DNA from: Blepharisma stoltei ATCC 30299
Lineage: Eukaryota; Protista; Ciliophora
Direction: 5' to 3'
Length of the DNA: 64,000 nucleotides
NCBI GenBank assembly: GCA_965603825.1
Contig: CBFDEM010000020.1
Coordinates: forward strand, 558,001-622,000
Shown: positions 24,489 to 36,059 of the stretch, one piece after another
Layout: the number at the start of each line of letters is the position of its first letter
Numbering within the stretch: the first letter of the stretch is position 1
Translations under genes and position numbers: made by a program
The notes under the pieces: model-generated
The model's database searches: none
Told to the model about the DNA's origin: nothing
What the model saw: the letters and a program-made list of their open reading frames with translations, nothing else

Positions 24489-25841
24489 TTATTCATTAAA
24501 TTCATCTTGAAAATCTAGAAGTTCCTTCGATAAGACCTCTAAATCTTCAATTTTTTCAGACAGTTGCGGTGGGGGAGTTTTTCTCACTGGTGTGTATGTC
24601 TTTGGAACATCTGTTTGAGTTTCTATGGAAAATGTAGATTTTTTTTCATTTAAAGTTTGAAAAAGAATATCTCTATCTCTTCTGAGTTCTCTGCATTGCT
24701 GCTCTAATTTTGTGATTTTTGATTGATGAAACTCTTTCTCCTTTTCGACTTCTTCAATAATTTGCTGTTGCAAATTATCACAATCCTGATTTTTAGCAAT
24801 TATTTCATCATTTTTATATTTAATTTCTTCTTCTAGGGCTTTAATTTCGTTTTGAAATTTAGATATCTTATCATTGCATTCAGATTCTAGGTCATTTTTA
24901 GTTTTCTGGGTTGAATTTTCAATTGCAGTTATAGAGTTGTTTAATTCAATAATAATATTATCCTTCTCAATTATATTTCCTTTTAATATTTCAGTATTTT
25001 CTTGATATTCTTTAATTTTTTGTTGAAGCTCATATATTATATCTCCTTTTTGTTTATTTTCAATATCTTTAAACTCGCTCTGCTTATGCTTATCTTCAAT
25101 CATTGCTTTATAATCATCATGAATTTTGCTTATTTCAGCTTTATGATTTTCAATAATACCATTTATCTCACTTTTGAATTTAATTTCCGTGATTTTTATC
25201 TGCTCTTTTAATAATTCAAGTTCATTTTTTAATAATAAATTTTCTCTGTTTTTTGCTTCTAATTCAACCTCACTTAATTTAGCTTTTAAAATATCCTCCC
25301 TCAATTTTTTGGTCTCTTGCATTTCTTCGCTAAGTCTTGCTTTTAATGAATTCTTTTCTCGATTATGTAGCATTTTGATTGTTTTGATTTTGCTCAAAGC
25401 AAAGGTCAGTCTATGATAATAGGTCTCAATCAAAGCAAGAACTCTTGTCGATCTTTCAATTTGATCACTCATATTGCTCTGCACACTCATTAAAACAGTG
25501 GCGCTCACTCCTTGCTGTCCAGCAGATTTTGCTTTCTGCTGGGAAATTTGTAAGTCTTTCTGCAGTCTCAAAATTTCAGAATTTAGCTGGCTTACTTGCT
25601 GATGGGCGCCTTCTAAAGAGTTTCTGACCTCTTGCTCTCTCACCCTTAGCCTCCTTTCCTCTTCTTTGAACCTCTTAACCTCAATAGAATGTGTAATTTG
25701 CTGTTGCTTATTCCTAACCAACTCTTCAAATACTTTAATTCGTCATTTTTTAGTTATTTGAAGAGGGTCATTGCTTTCATATTCCGCAAGAAGCTTTTCT
25801 AAGACTTCAATTTTCATCTGCAGGCTGTTTGAGCTTTGCAT
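24489..25841 (-). CDS. coiled-coil protein, CCHCR1/HCR-like, ~450 aa
   Basis: The frame extends through TGA to ATG 25841. KK-W-RIKVFEELVRNK and YHRLTFALSKIKTI resemble the CCHCR1 motifs RWREKVFALMVQLK and NRLSYAVRKVHTI (from memory). Confidence 0.7.
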
Positions 25842-25854
25842 AATAAATTATAAA

Positions 25855-27096
25855 ATGGAGCACGTGAGCGTTTTCCCTTTCAGTCTGAACAATTCAGCTG
25901 AAATTGTAGTCCTCGTCAGGAGAGATGGAGATTTTTATAGAGACCTTGGGGGTCATGTGCATGGGCAGCACTCCCCTCTTCATGCAGCTGCTAAGTATCT
26001 ATTAAAGCACTCACATGGAATGATAGCGCCTTCGAATATTGAAAGATTAATCAAGAAAAAGCCTCTTATCCCTGAAAATGATGAAGCTTTATTCAGAGAA
26101 ATTTTGGCAAAGTTAACCACTTTGCCAAGCCACATGTGCATAAGAAATGTGAGTAGCCATTTTGCATATATGGTGCCAGTTCCACATGTTGATCCCGAAC
26201 TCCTTAATACAAATCTAGAAGACACCAGCCTACATTGGATAAGAATAAGCACACTTTTTAGTGTTGAAGAATACCAGCGATTTTTCACTGCTTTTGATCT
26301 AGCTATTCTGAGCCAAGTTAACACAAATATGCTAAAGCAAGCAATTACCCTAGGAAAAGATCCTCTATATCGTATTATGAATTATATTGGAATAATCAAT
26401 TTAGAAGACGAAGCCCTGTGGCAGTACCATTTTGAAGCTTTAATTCTGTCAAACTGCCTTCAGGAACCTTATAGGAATAAAGAAGTTAAATGGATGTTTT
26501 ATGAATCAGAGCTGCCAGCTACAGAGGAATTAGAAAGAATTACAGCTTTCGTCATATTTGGATGGAAAGATAGACCAAGTGATGCTTTGACTGACTTCTT
26601 AGAGCGAATTATTCCAACAAAAAAAATCCTTGCAATCGGTTCTGCTGCAAATATGCTTTGCGAGATGCTGGGAGGAAGATTGGAAACTGCAGAAGAAAAC
26701 GCCCTTCCTGAGCTCACAGCTATTCATTTCACTGGAGAGTACTCAAAAGTCCCTTTTATTAGAAAAAATACATCAAGGCAAGAAGCAGCTCCAGAAGAAG
26801 CTGATATGTTTCTTTATATGTCAAAATATGTCCGAAGCCTTCCTGAGCCTGCAGTCATCATTGCAACTGCCAGAGAAAGTATTCCTGTTATTTATAATAT
26901 AGACAATGTCCTTTGTGTCCACGGCCACCCTGAATTTACTACCTCTTTTGTTGAAGAAATGATAGCTCCTGATCTGCTTGAGCAAGGGATCTGCCATGAA
27001 GAAGACTTGGAGAATATGAGAAAAGCCTGGGAAAGCATGCCAATACACAGGTACAGAGAAATTAGAGAAATTTGTGAGTTCTTTGTTTTAAGCTAA
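25855..27096 (+). CDS. degenerate Nudix-like domain fused to class I glutamine-amidotransferase-like domain, ~413 aa
   Basis: ATG 25855; DLGG...SPLHAAAKYLLKHSHG resembles a Nudix box; KILAIGSAANMLCEMLGG and VHGHPEF are GATase1-like. Confidence 0.75.
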   Translation: MEHVSVFPFSLNNSAEIVVLVRRDGDFYRDLGGHVHGQHSPLHAAAKYLLKHSHGMIAPSNIERLIKKKPLIPENDEALFREILAKLTTLPSHMCIRNVSSHFAYMVPVPHVDPELLNTNLEDTSLHWIRISTLFSVEEYQRFFTAFDLAILSQVNTNMLKQAITLGKDPLYRIMNYIGIINLEDEALWQYHFEALILSNCLQEPYRNKEVKWMFYESELPATEELERITAFVIFGWKDRPSDALTDFLERIIPTKKILAIGSAANMLCEMLGGRLETAEENALPELTAIHFTGEYSKVPFIRKNTSRQEAAPEEADMFLYMSKYVRSLPEPAVIIATARESIPVIYNIDNVLCVHGHPEFTTSFVEEMIAPDLLEQGICHEEDLENMRKAWESMPIHRYREIREICEFFVLS

Positions 27097-27113
27097 ATTT
27101 ATTTTCAAAAACG

Positions 27114-28634
27114 TTAAACAGTTATTATATTTGTGTCTCTTGACAGAAGGTCGAACTCATCAATAACTTTATCGAACTCAAAGGAATCCAGTTCTGAGTA
27201 AACGTTAAAGAAAGGGTGTGTGTGAAGTCTGGCAAAGGTCAAAGATTCTCTTATATAGCTGGGTGGTTCTAGTTTTTTGACTTTCGGCCGCTTTCTTCTG
27301 TTCGCACAGTCTTCTTTTGCCTTCTTAATGTTTTCCAGCTGATTTTCCAACTCTTCTAATGTGTTTCTATGATGATTCTCTTCAAAAGCACTTTGGTTCA
27401 AAAAATTCGCAAGGCTATCTTGAAATCTCTCATAAGATCTTGTGCACTCTTCGACAATGCATCTTAAGTCAATGTTAAAATTAGAAAGCTTATGAAAATC
27501 CCTAAACTTAGGATTCCCAGTTAAAAGTTCAAGCATGATCTGTCCATACATTTCAAGCAGTTTGGCTTCTGTTTCATGATGCGTATCTTCGTTTCTAAAA
27601 TCTCCAAACTCGACCCCTTTTAAATAAAGCTTTAAGCCGTTATCCTGAATAAATATATTAGCGCACGTGATGGGGTATAAAACACTGTGGGTGCATTTAT
27701 GCAAAAGATCGGTGAATGCATTTAAAAGCTCTTTAGCTCAATATTTGATCAATGTTGGTAGTTGCTCAATGGTTCTCTATATGACTCTTACCCCATTTAA
27801 AATCTTCCTAACAGTTATTCCTTTGAGTGTTTCAAAAAAATACAAGTTGCTTGTATCTGAAGAAATATCATCAAAGCCAAGATAATTATGGAAGTACTTT
27901 GATAAAAATAGCTGCTTATGAGCAGAAATTTTGTTAAAGAGCTTTGTAAGTACTTCACAATCCAATAGCAGCCTCGGAACAACTAATACTTCAACAGGAA
28001 TGTCTCTTTTAGCGCAAAATCCTTGTTGCCTAATAGTTCCGTCAGGATATTCTTGAAGCACTTTAATAGGCCGATTTCTATACTGCACGCTTCTCACTCT
28101 TTCTTTATGTCAAAGCTTTTCTATGTTTGCGGACTCCTCTTCTTGAAATATATGAGCTGTTAGGATTGTTTCAGATTTATCATAAATTTTATCATAAACT
28201 GATCTTTGAACGTCTTCGCTATAAGTGCTCAGCCTTGATGCCACATCTTGCAAAAGCTCTTCAGACTTTTGAATGGAGATATAGGATTTATAGATTTTAT
28301 ACAGAAGTTGAGCAAGCTCAGCTTCATTGAGACTTCCAGGATTCCATAGTTCAATTGCGTCGCGGGCTTGGATAAGCTTTGAATGCAGCTTAAGTGAGTA
28401 TTCAATTATTTTGTGAAACTCAGGGTTATCGACTATTTGCGCTATTGTTGCTATTGCACATTCAAAATTAACTGGTAGAGAAGGGCGGAATCTTTCAATT
28501 CTGCTTATGTCTTCAGTTGAAAATAAGTTGTTTTTCATAGCCAAAGCAATGAAAACGTTCCATGACTCTATGTTTTTTATTGCCTCATCTTGCGCAGCTG
28601 ACAAAAAGCACTCATGCAATTTTAGGAAGAGCAT
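27114..28634 (-). CDS. hypothetical protein with C-terminal pseudokinase-like region, ~501 aa
   Basis: Three ORFs joined by TGA 28110, intron 27777-27791 and a further TGA; IKY-W-AKELLNAFTDLLH...PITCANIFI...YGQIMLELLTG follows kinase C-lobe spacing without HRD or DFG. Confidence 0.7.
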
Positions 28635-28687
28635 ATACTTAAATGATTTTTAAATAATAAATTTTGATTTAATATAAAATAGTACAG

Positions 28688-30157
28688 CTAATCATCTTTA
28701 TTCTCATACTGCGAATTTTGACTTTTCAATCTTACAGGCAAAGGCTCAAAGCTAGGCGTCTTTGTAGGAGCATAATCAAAATCGCCCATAGAATTATTTT
28801 TGGATTGCAAAAGTGATGAGGCTACTGCTAGGCTAGCGAGAGTGGAAGCGTTTGTAAAAGGTTTATCTTGTGGAGGGCAATCAACAGAATGCAGCTTTAA
28901 TAATGGGACTCTGTTTACTGGAGGATTTGGCTGCGGATCATATGAATATCGAATCATGCTTTCTTTTGCTTCGTTTTTGTCAAGCAAGGTTTGAAGGGCA
29001 TGGTCAGCAACTTTGATCAGGTCTTTTAGCTCACTATTGGTATTCACACTTCCACTGGAAGATATAAAGCTTTGGTTTGCTCTTATATTTGACACTGATT
29101 TGCTTCTATTAAAAACTGAAACCCCATATCTTGGCTTAACATTCTTATATTTAGAAGGAGTGCTGGTTCTTGGCTTATGGTCATTTTCATCTTGCTCCCT
29201 TTTCTTGGTGGGAGATCGAGCGTTCATTAAGCGCTTTCCAGATTCTTGTGCCTCTTTTAATGTGAATTTTCTCTTCATTGGAGAACTTTCTTGGAATATT
29301 GGCTGGCCAGGTCGCCCATAGAACTCTTCAATTATTTTCTTTTCAGAAGTTAAACGTTCTTCTATTTCAGGGTCCAGAGGCCTAGTAGGATGCCTTGCTT
29401 TTACAATTTGAATTAAAGACTCTTCTTCGAGTTTTTCCTGATCTCTTTTCTTTTTTTCTAATTTTCCAAGTCTTCTTCGTGCATCATCTAAATAAGAAAT
29501 ACATGTAAGTCTTTGTATCAGCTCTCGGGCTTGGGATCTGTTGATTTGTCTGTTATCTCTTTTGAGATCTACAGATTCTTCTTCTTGTTTTTTCATCAAT
29601 TCCCTCTGTTCATGCACAAATCTCCTGTTTTCTATGTCTTCTTGCAACCTTTGGTACACTTTGTCAGCCATTGACTTTGGTATTTTCTTGATTGACTGGC
29701 TAATTTGGTTTTTCTCTTCCATTTCTGTGTAGGCTTTGAGATGTGATTTAATTTTAATTCTTCTATTTACATCTTCTAAAAGCCTATCAAAAACTTCAGT
29801 TTTCTTGGTAATCGAGGACCTACTTTGTGTTTCATTATATTGCGACATTGATTTTTGGAGCAAGGTTTTGCGATTTATATCAAAAACCATGCGGTCTACA
29901 AAATTCATACTGCTGGTATCAATATCTTTTAGTAACTGGGAAACTTCTTCAGGATTTATTTCAGCCATTTGTTCTTCTGTACTTGCAGGAATCTGCGAGG
30001 ACAGAGGAAATTCTTCATCAGAAAAAGCATGAGAGTCTTTTTGAAGCAGCCTGTTATTTCACCCAGGAATTTCAACTGATTTATTCAGCATGGTTGATTT
30101 GTAACAAACTGGAATTGATTCATCGTTGCTGTTTGGTATCATTTCTGGGGTTTCCAT
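28688..30157 (-). CDS. hypothetical coiled-coil protein with RLxxDxxRR-type repeats, ~484 aa
   Basis: Extends through one TGA to ATG 30157; VFDRLLEDVNRR, VYQRLQEDIENR and (after in-frame intron 29488-29502) IQRLTYDARRR. Confidence 0.72.
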
Positions 30158-30248
30158 CTTTTAAAACAGTTGCAAAGCAATAAAGAAACTCATTATGAGC
30201 TCGTTATAATAACAGCTACCTGTATAGAAAAACTAGAAAATTATAAAT

Positions 30249-31725
30249 ATGCGCGAATCAATTATGGCCTTTTTATTGATTTTATTTTCATATGTAAATG
30301 CAGTTACCCTTGAAGAGATAGATGGAAATATTGAACTACTAGAAAATTCTTTATATAAGTTTCAAAAAGCGAGAGATTTACTATTATTTGATGAACAAAA
30401 CGAACAACGCAAAGAGACAGACATCAAAGCACTTTCAGAATTCGTAAACAAAGAAGACTATTTGCTTAATAAGCTTCTACCTAGAGGGAAATTCAACTCT
30501 AGCTCTGAAGTACTCACAATGGAATTTATTACTCTGAGGCCTTTATCTTCATACAAAGATATAATTAATGGCAATAATTTAGGGATTGTTGTGACATCAA
30601 AGGATGGCTATATAAGGATTTATGATATTACAGGCAACTTGCTTATAGATTATGAACTAGGATATCAAACAAAATTTATAGCATGCACAAGCAACTATGA
30701 TGAAATGAAAATTGCAGTGATTACCCCCAGTCACAAACTTCAAGTTTTTATGATCTCAATGGAAAGAGTCAGACAAAACCAAACCGATGAAAACGAGAGG
30801 ATCCCAAATAGAATTGATTTTAATATCACAAAGGAGAACGAGGATGACTTATATGCAGGAATAAATGCATCTTCAATGATTTATTACGTAAAAACAGGCA
30901 AAAAATCTTGAGTAATAGGTGATGAAAAAGGAGGATTAAGCATCCATAGCTTTAACGGAACGTTTTTAAAAAGAGTAGAAACTGGATTTGGTGAAATATT
31001 ATCAATGGACAGATTTGGACATCACCTTGTATTTGGCTGCTCAAATGGAATTGGACTAATTAATTCAGGAAGCTTTGAAATTCATCACTTCTGTGAATCT
31101 GCAAAATCTACTTTGGTACCAAATAAAATAACTGGAGTAGTCATTGACACATCTGTCTCTACTTCAATTGTTTATGGAGCAACAGAAAAGAATGAAATTA
31201 TTATATTAGATACTCGCCCAAATGAAGAATCAGAAGAATTAGGATGCCACAGTAAAATTTATGCTAGTTATTAAAAAATTCGATCATGGATATTCATATG
31301 GGAATATTAAAATAAAGTCAATCAGAGGCTATTTATTAGCACTCAGTGAAGATGGAGAATTAAGATTTTATAACTCAACCGGCGTAAGAGAAAATGAATT
31401 CTCAAAGACGTTCAATGTCACAATTTCAAATGCTTATGGAAATAGTTTATTCAAAGTTAGCAGAATTCAAAATGGTGGAAATTTAATATCTATTGCAAAT
31501 AAGAGGGAGATAATGGTTTTTGAGTATGTTTTGCCTTATAAAGAAGGAGCAGGAGTCGAATTTGGTGGAATGAGATATATTATGTAAGAATCATATAGAT
31601 TATTTGTAGCGATTGGAGGAGCAGTTTTATGGCAGTATGTGAAAACAAACGAAAATGATAAGAAAAAGCATAAAAATAGTGATGATGAAAGCGAGATTGA
31701 AAATATCATTAGAAGAGCGAGATAG
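30249..31725 (+). CDS. type I membrane protein: signal peptide, beta-propeller-like ectodomain, TM helix, ~481 aa
   Basis: MAFLLILFSYVNA signal; WD-like strands (SKDGYIRIYD, SEDGELRFYN); TGA 30909; introns 31252-31267 (16 nt) and 31584-31598 restore the TM helix YIILFVAIGGAVLW; TAG 31723. Confidence 0.78.
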
Positions 31726-31788
31726 GGATAGTACTTATAATTAATAATCATATATTACCAAATATAAGGATTTTTAAGTTTATATAAT

Positions 31789-33057
31789 TTAAAATGTGTA
31801 TGCTAAGGCAGATCTCAAAACAAGTGTGGCTAAATCAATTCCAGATAAAATAGCTTTAATTGATGGAGTCCCTATGTTTAACACATGATTTTTCAAGTTG
31901 TTAAAAGCTGAAATAACTCACAAATCTGTATCTAATAGATCCAATGAGCTTAAAATTGTTCTTTCTTTTATCAAGCAAGCTAAAATCTACATTATAAATA
32001 CCTTAAAACAAGATTTAAATGATTCTTTTATTTCAATTTCATCAATATCAGAAACTGTTTGAATAACTACACTCACAGTATCAGAGCCTTTAAATAAAGC
32101 AAAAGTTTTGTCCCTTATTTTGATCATCTCAATATCTACAAAAAACAAAGATTCTTTTGTGAGAGAAACTATAGAAGACAATCCATTAGATTTACTAATC
32201 CTTTTAATAAATGGCACATTAATAGCAGAAAGTCTTTCAATACATATAATACCACTTTCCTATATGAGCATTACATAAAACATCATCTTCAATTTTTGGG
32301 GAATAATCTTTTGACAAAGAATAAGATTTATATTTAAATCAGTATGCATTTGGACAATTGAGCCAAATAGGGAAGAAAATTCATCGAAATTTACTATAGC
32401 TGATGCATTTTTATCAGAGGCTGTAAATGACTCAGGCAAAATCGATTCAATATATAACACTACAAGATATCTCTGCTCTTTTACTTTTAAATTATAAGGC
32501 ACTTCGAAGAGAAATCCATTATATTGAGAAATTGGAGAGAGTGAACTAGAATTTATTCTTAAAAATGAAACTCGATTCGATAGATAAGGAATATTGTCAT
32601 CTGAACAATCAATTGTTTTTAAGAAGCATTCGAGAATAATCAAACATAAATTTCTTTTATTTGTAAAAGGGCGAAGCTTATATAATGACTGGCTTAGAAT
32701 GTCAAGTATTAGGCTCATTTCTGTAAAATTCAGTCTAGCTAAATTCGCATTTAATTCTCTTTCAATTTTCAACTTTGATGCGTTGAGAGCTTTAGCAGCT
32801 TTAAATCACGAAGAGTATGGACATCTATCAAGAATTTCAATCATAAATGAAAGCATAAATATCCCTAAACTCCCATAGCTTTTATTAAATTTAATTCCTT
32901 CCTCAATAATTACAATTTCCAAGCAAGAGGATGCAGAGTCTTTTAGATATTCAAGTATCATCTCTTCAGAAACACACAATAATCCATCTTGGTTACAGAT
33001 ATTTCCGTTTAGAGCTTCTTTCAAGGATTCTTTTAATAGAATCATACTTTCCACCAT
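31789..33057 (-). CDS. MKKS: divergent chaperonin-like BBS protein (MKKS/BBS6-like), ~412 aa
   Basis: After splicing 32260-32274 and 31987-32001, LILCQKIIPQKLKMMFYESGILCIERLS matches the MKKS apical motif LVLCQKVIHPSLKQ...IIAIDRIG; chaperonin-like C-terminus GIDLATLVLR. Confidence 0.65.
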
Positions 33058-33153
33058 TACTTCTAAGCTCAATAAGATTCAATTTAATTTTTATATCTCA
33101 ATAGTTTTTCAATAAAAATCATCGAAGTTTGAGATTCTAAGCCAGACTTAAAG

Positions 33154-35799
33154 ATGAAAAATTCGAGTTCATCTAGAGAAGTATATAAACTTGAAAATAA
33201 AATGATGGATCTTATTTATTCTCTTTACTCAAATACCGATAATGAAACATTATATAATGATATAACCCCAAGAGATTATCAACTAGAAATATTAGAGATT
33301 GCAAAAGCTCGGAATACAATAGCATTCCTAGATACAGGAACTGGCAAAACTTTAATCGCAATTATGCTAACTAAATGACTTTCAGGAAAAGCTGTATTTC
33401 TTACCCCCACAAAAGCTCTGATCGAACAGCAGGATAGTGTAGCTAAAAAGTTTAATATTCGATGCGACTGGCGGTCAGGCAAAAAAGGTGAAAGTTGGAA
33501 CTCTATAAAATGGCAAAATTGGATATCGAAATTTGATTTATTATTTTTAACTCCTCAGCTCTTTCTTAATTCTCTCCGTCATGGGTATCTTCAAATGGAG
33601 CAGTTTGATTTATTGATATACGATGAATGCCACCATTGCAAAGGGGAGCACCCCTATTTCTCGATTCAAACTGAATTTTATTTCACCTCTCTGAAAAAGC
33701 CAAAAATCCTTGGGCTCACAGCGTCACCAGTTGTTACTGGACCAAAAGAGATCAAAGAACTGAAATCAGAGCTTAGCGATTTATGCTTATTTTTGGATTC
33801 TGACTTTGCTCAAGTAAACCGACGCTCTGTCAATCAAATTGCAAGTCAGGCTAAAGTAATAGTTAAAGGAGTAGATCATATTTCTGAATGCAAATCTGAT
33901 ATTATTGAAGAATTAAGTCTAATTATGAAATCTAATATAAACATGAGAGACCATTTTGACTCTGCAAAAACTGTATTTGAAAAAATAGGTGAAATTGGAT
34001 TAAAATATTACTTGAGGGATTTTCCATATAAAAATGAATTATTACATTATTTTGAAACGCAACTTGAGGAAGGATATTCTGAGCTATTCTTAGAGCTTGT
34101 GCATTTATTAAATGAGCACTTTAGTCTTGAAGAGTCTAGCCAAGTAATCATTTTAGCTGAAAGAAGAGTAACGGTATGATATCTTGTTGATGCATTAAAT
34201 TATTTTAGCAATTTATATAACTTGAATATAAAAGCAGGAAAAGTAGTCGGAATAAATCAAGGATCAAGAAGTTCAGAGATATGCAAAATGAAAAATTCCA
34301 GCCATGAGTATTCTTTGGACGATTTCAGGCTAGGGAATATTAACGTCCTTGTAGCAACAACAGTTGTTGAAGAAGGGATTGACATTCCTTCATGCAATTT
34401 TGTCATTAGATATGATAGCCCGCCTAATAATTTAAGATCTTACGTGCAATCTAAAGGAAGAGCAAGGGATAAAGATTCAAAATTTATTGTATTGACTCCT
34501 ATGCACAATCAAGCCGAAACAATCGATTTGATAAGAAGATTTGATTATATGATAGTATTTCTCAAAAATTTAGCTGATAAACCTATAACTAAGCCAGAAA
34601 GAGGAATGACATCATATGTATCTTTTAAGATTCCAGAAACAGGAGCAACTATAAGCACTGCATGAAGCGAGCTGTGAGTCAAAGATTTTGAAACAGCGCT
34701 GAAAAAATTGACAGGTGAAAAAATAAAATATGAAACATCATATATCCGAGAGGTCTCAAAAGTGAAAGGATATTCGGGAATAGTTAAATTTCCTTCCCTT
34801 TTTTGTATTGAGGATGTCAAATCAAGCAGACTGTATTGCAGAGAAAATGATGCTTTGAAAGATGCTATTGTTCAGGCGGCTGAAGCTTTGTACCAAAATG
34901 AATTCATAGATGAGTTTTTATTTCAATGCATAGAAAAAGGATTAAGAGCTACTGACTCAAAACTGCGATATAAAAATTCAAAATCCAGCGTATGCAGCCC
35001 TTTTGATGATAAAGCTTATCTCGAACAAAACTCAATTGAAAAATTCATTGGAAATCTCGATAGTTTCTATCATATATACAAACTAATCATTTCTGATCAG
35101 CAAAGCGAGCTATCACTAGGATTATTTTCAACTGCAGACATTCCTGAATGTCCATTTGATTTATTTTCATCAAAATATAATATAAATTCTTCAATAAAGC
35201 AAACTCAAAATCCATCCAGAATAAGAATGCAGCTTATAAGAACTGAGCGCTTTGATTTGAAAAATCTAAGCATGGTTAAAGCATTTCATTTAACAATTAA
35301 TTCAATTTTATGCTCTCAGTTTAACAGAACAAAAAGAAATATTTACGAAGAGCATATTGGGAATGCTGTATCTGATTTAGAGATTCAAGTGCCATTGTGT
35401 GTAGTCCCAATTTTAGATGACAATATAAATTGAAATATAATTAAATCAAATATTCTATTTTTAAGAAATCCAGCCAAATTTGACTCGAAATCTTATGAAA
35501 ATCTTGCTCTGAAGCTTGATACCAATGACTTGTATATTATCTTAGATATTTTATTTGATTCCCCAAAACATGAAGTTTATAATAATAATTCAAACCTAGT
35601 TGCTTGTATTGAAAGAGAAATTAATGAAGAATATTTATCTGTTCAAAAGTTTGATTGCCATGCAAATACTCAAAAAAAATATAAGGAATTTTTAAGGCGC
35701 TCAGATTTAATTTTTAGCCCAATTCCTACGTATTTCTTGAATTTGTGCAGAATGCTTCCAAATATTATAAGTAAAATAGATGAATTTTTATTTGGATAA
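33154..35799 (+). CDS. Dicer-derived protein: DExD/H helicase, HELICc, DUF283-like and platform-like regions, no RNase III, 881 aa
   Basis: One frame with five TGA=Trp (33376, 34177, 34663, 34675, 35431). [56 protein letters not shown] and [10 protein letters not shown] are Dicer-type helicase motifs; TAA 35797-35799. Confidence 0.88.
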
Positions 35800-36059
35800 T
35801 TCCAAGCAGCTGTTAAATATTTTATTTTCCAAGCATGCTATAATTTATTTCTTATTGAATTTAAAATTCTCCAAATTAATTAAAAAGTAATTAATTTTTC
35901 CATTTAATATCAAATTCCCAGCAGATTAAAAATTTAAAAATTCTTCACCCTTTATAGAGCCGATACTCCACCCTAAAAATTCCAATGCATCATAATCTGT
36001 TTTTTATAAACATATCATATCAATAATACCCTAATCCTAGAAAAATATTCCAACTGAAA

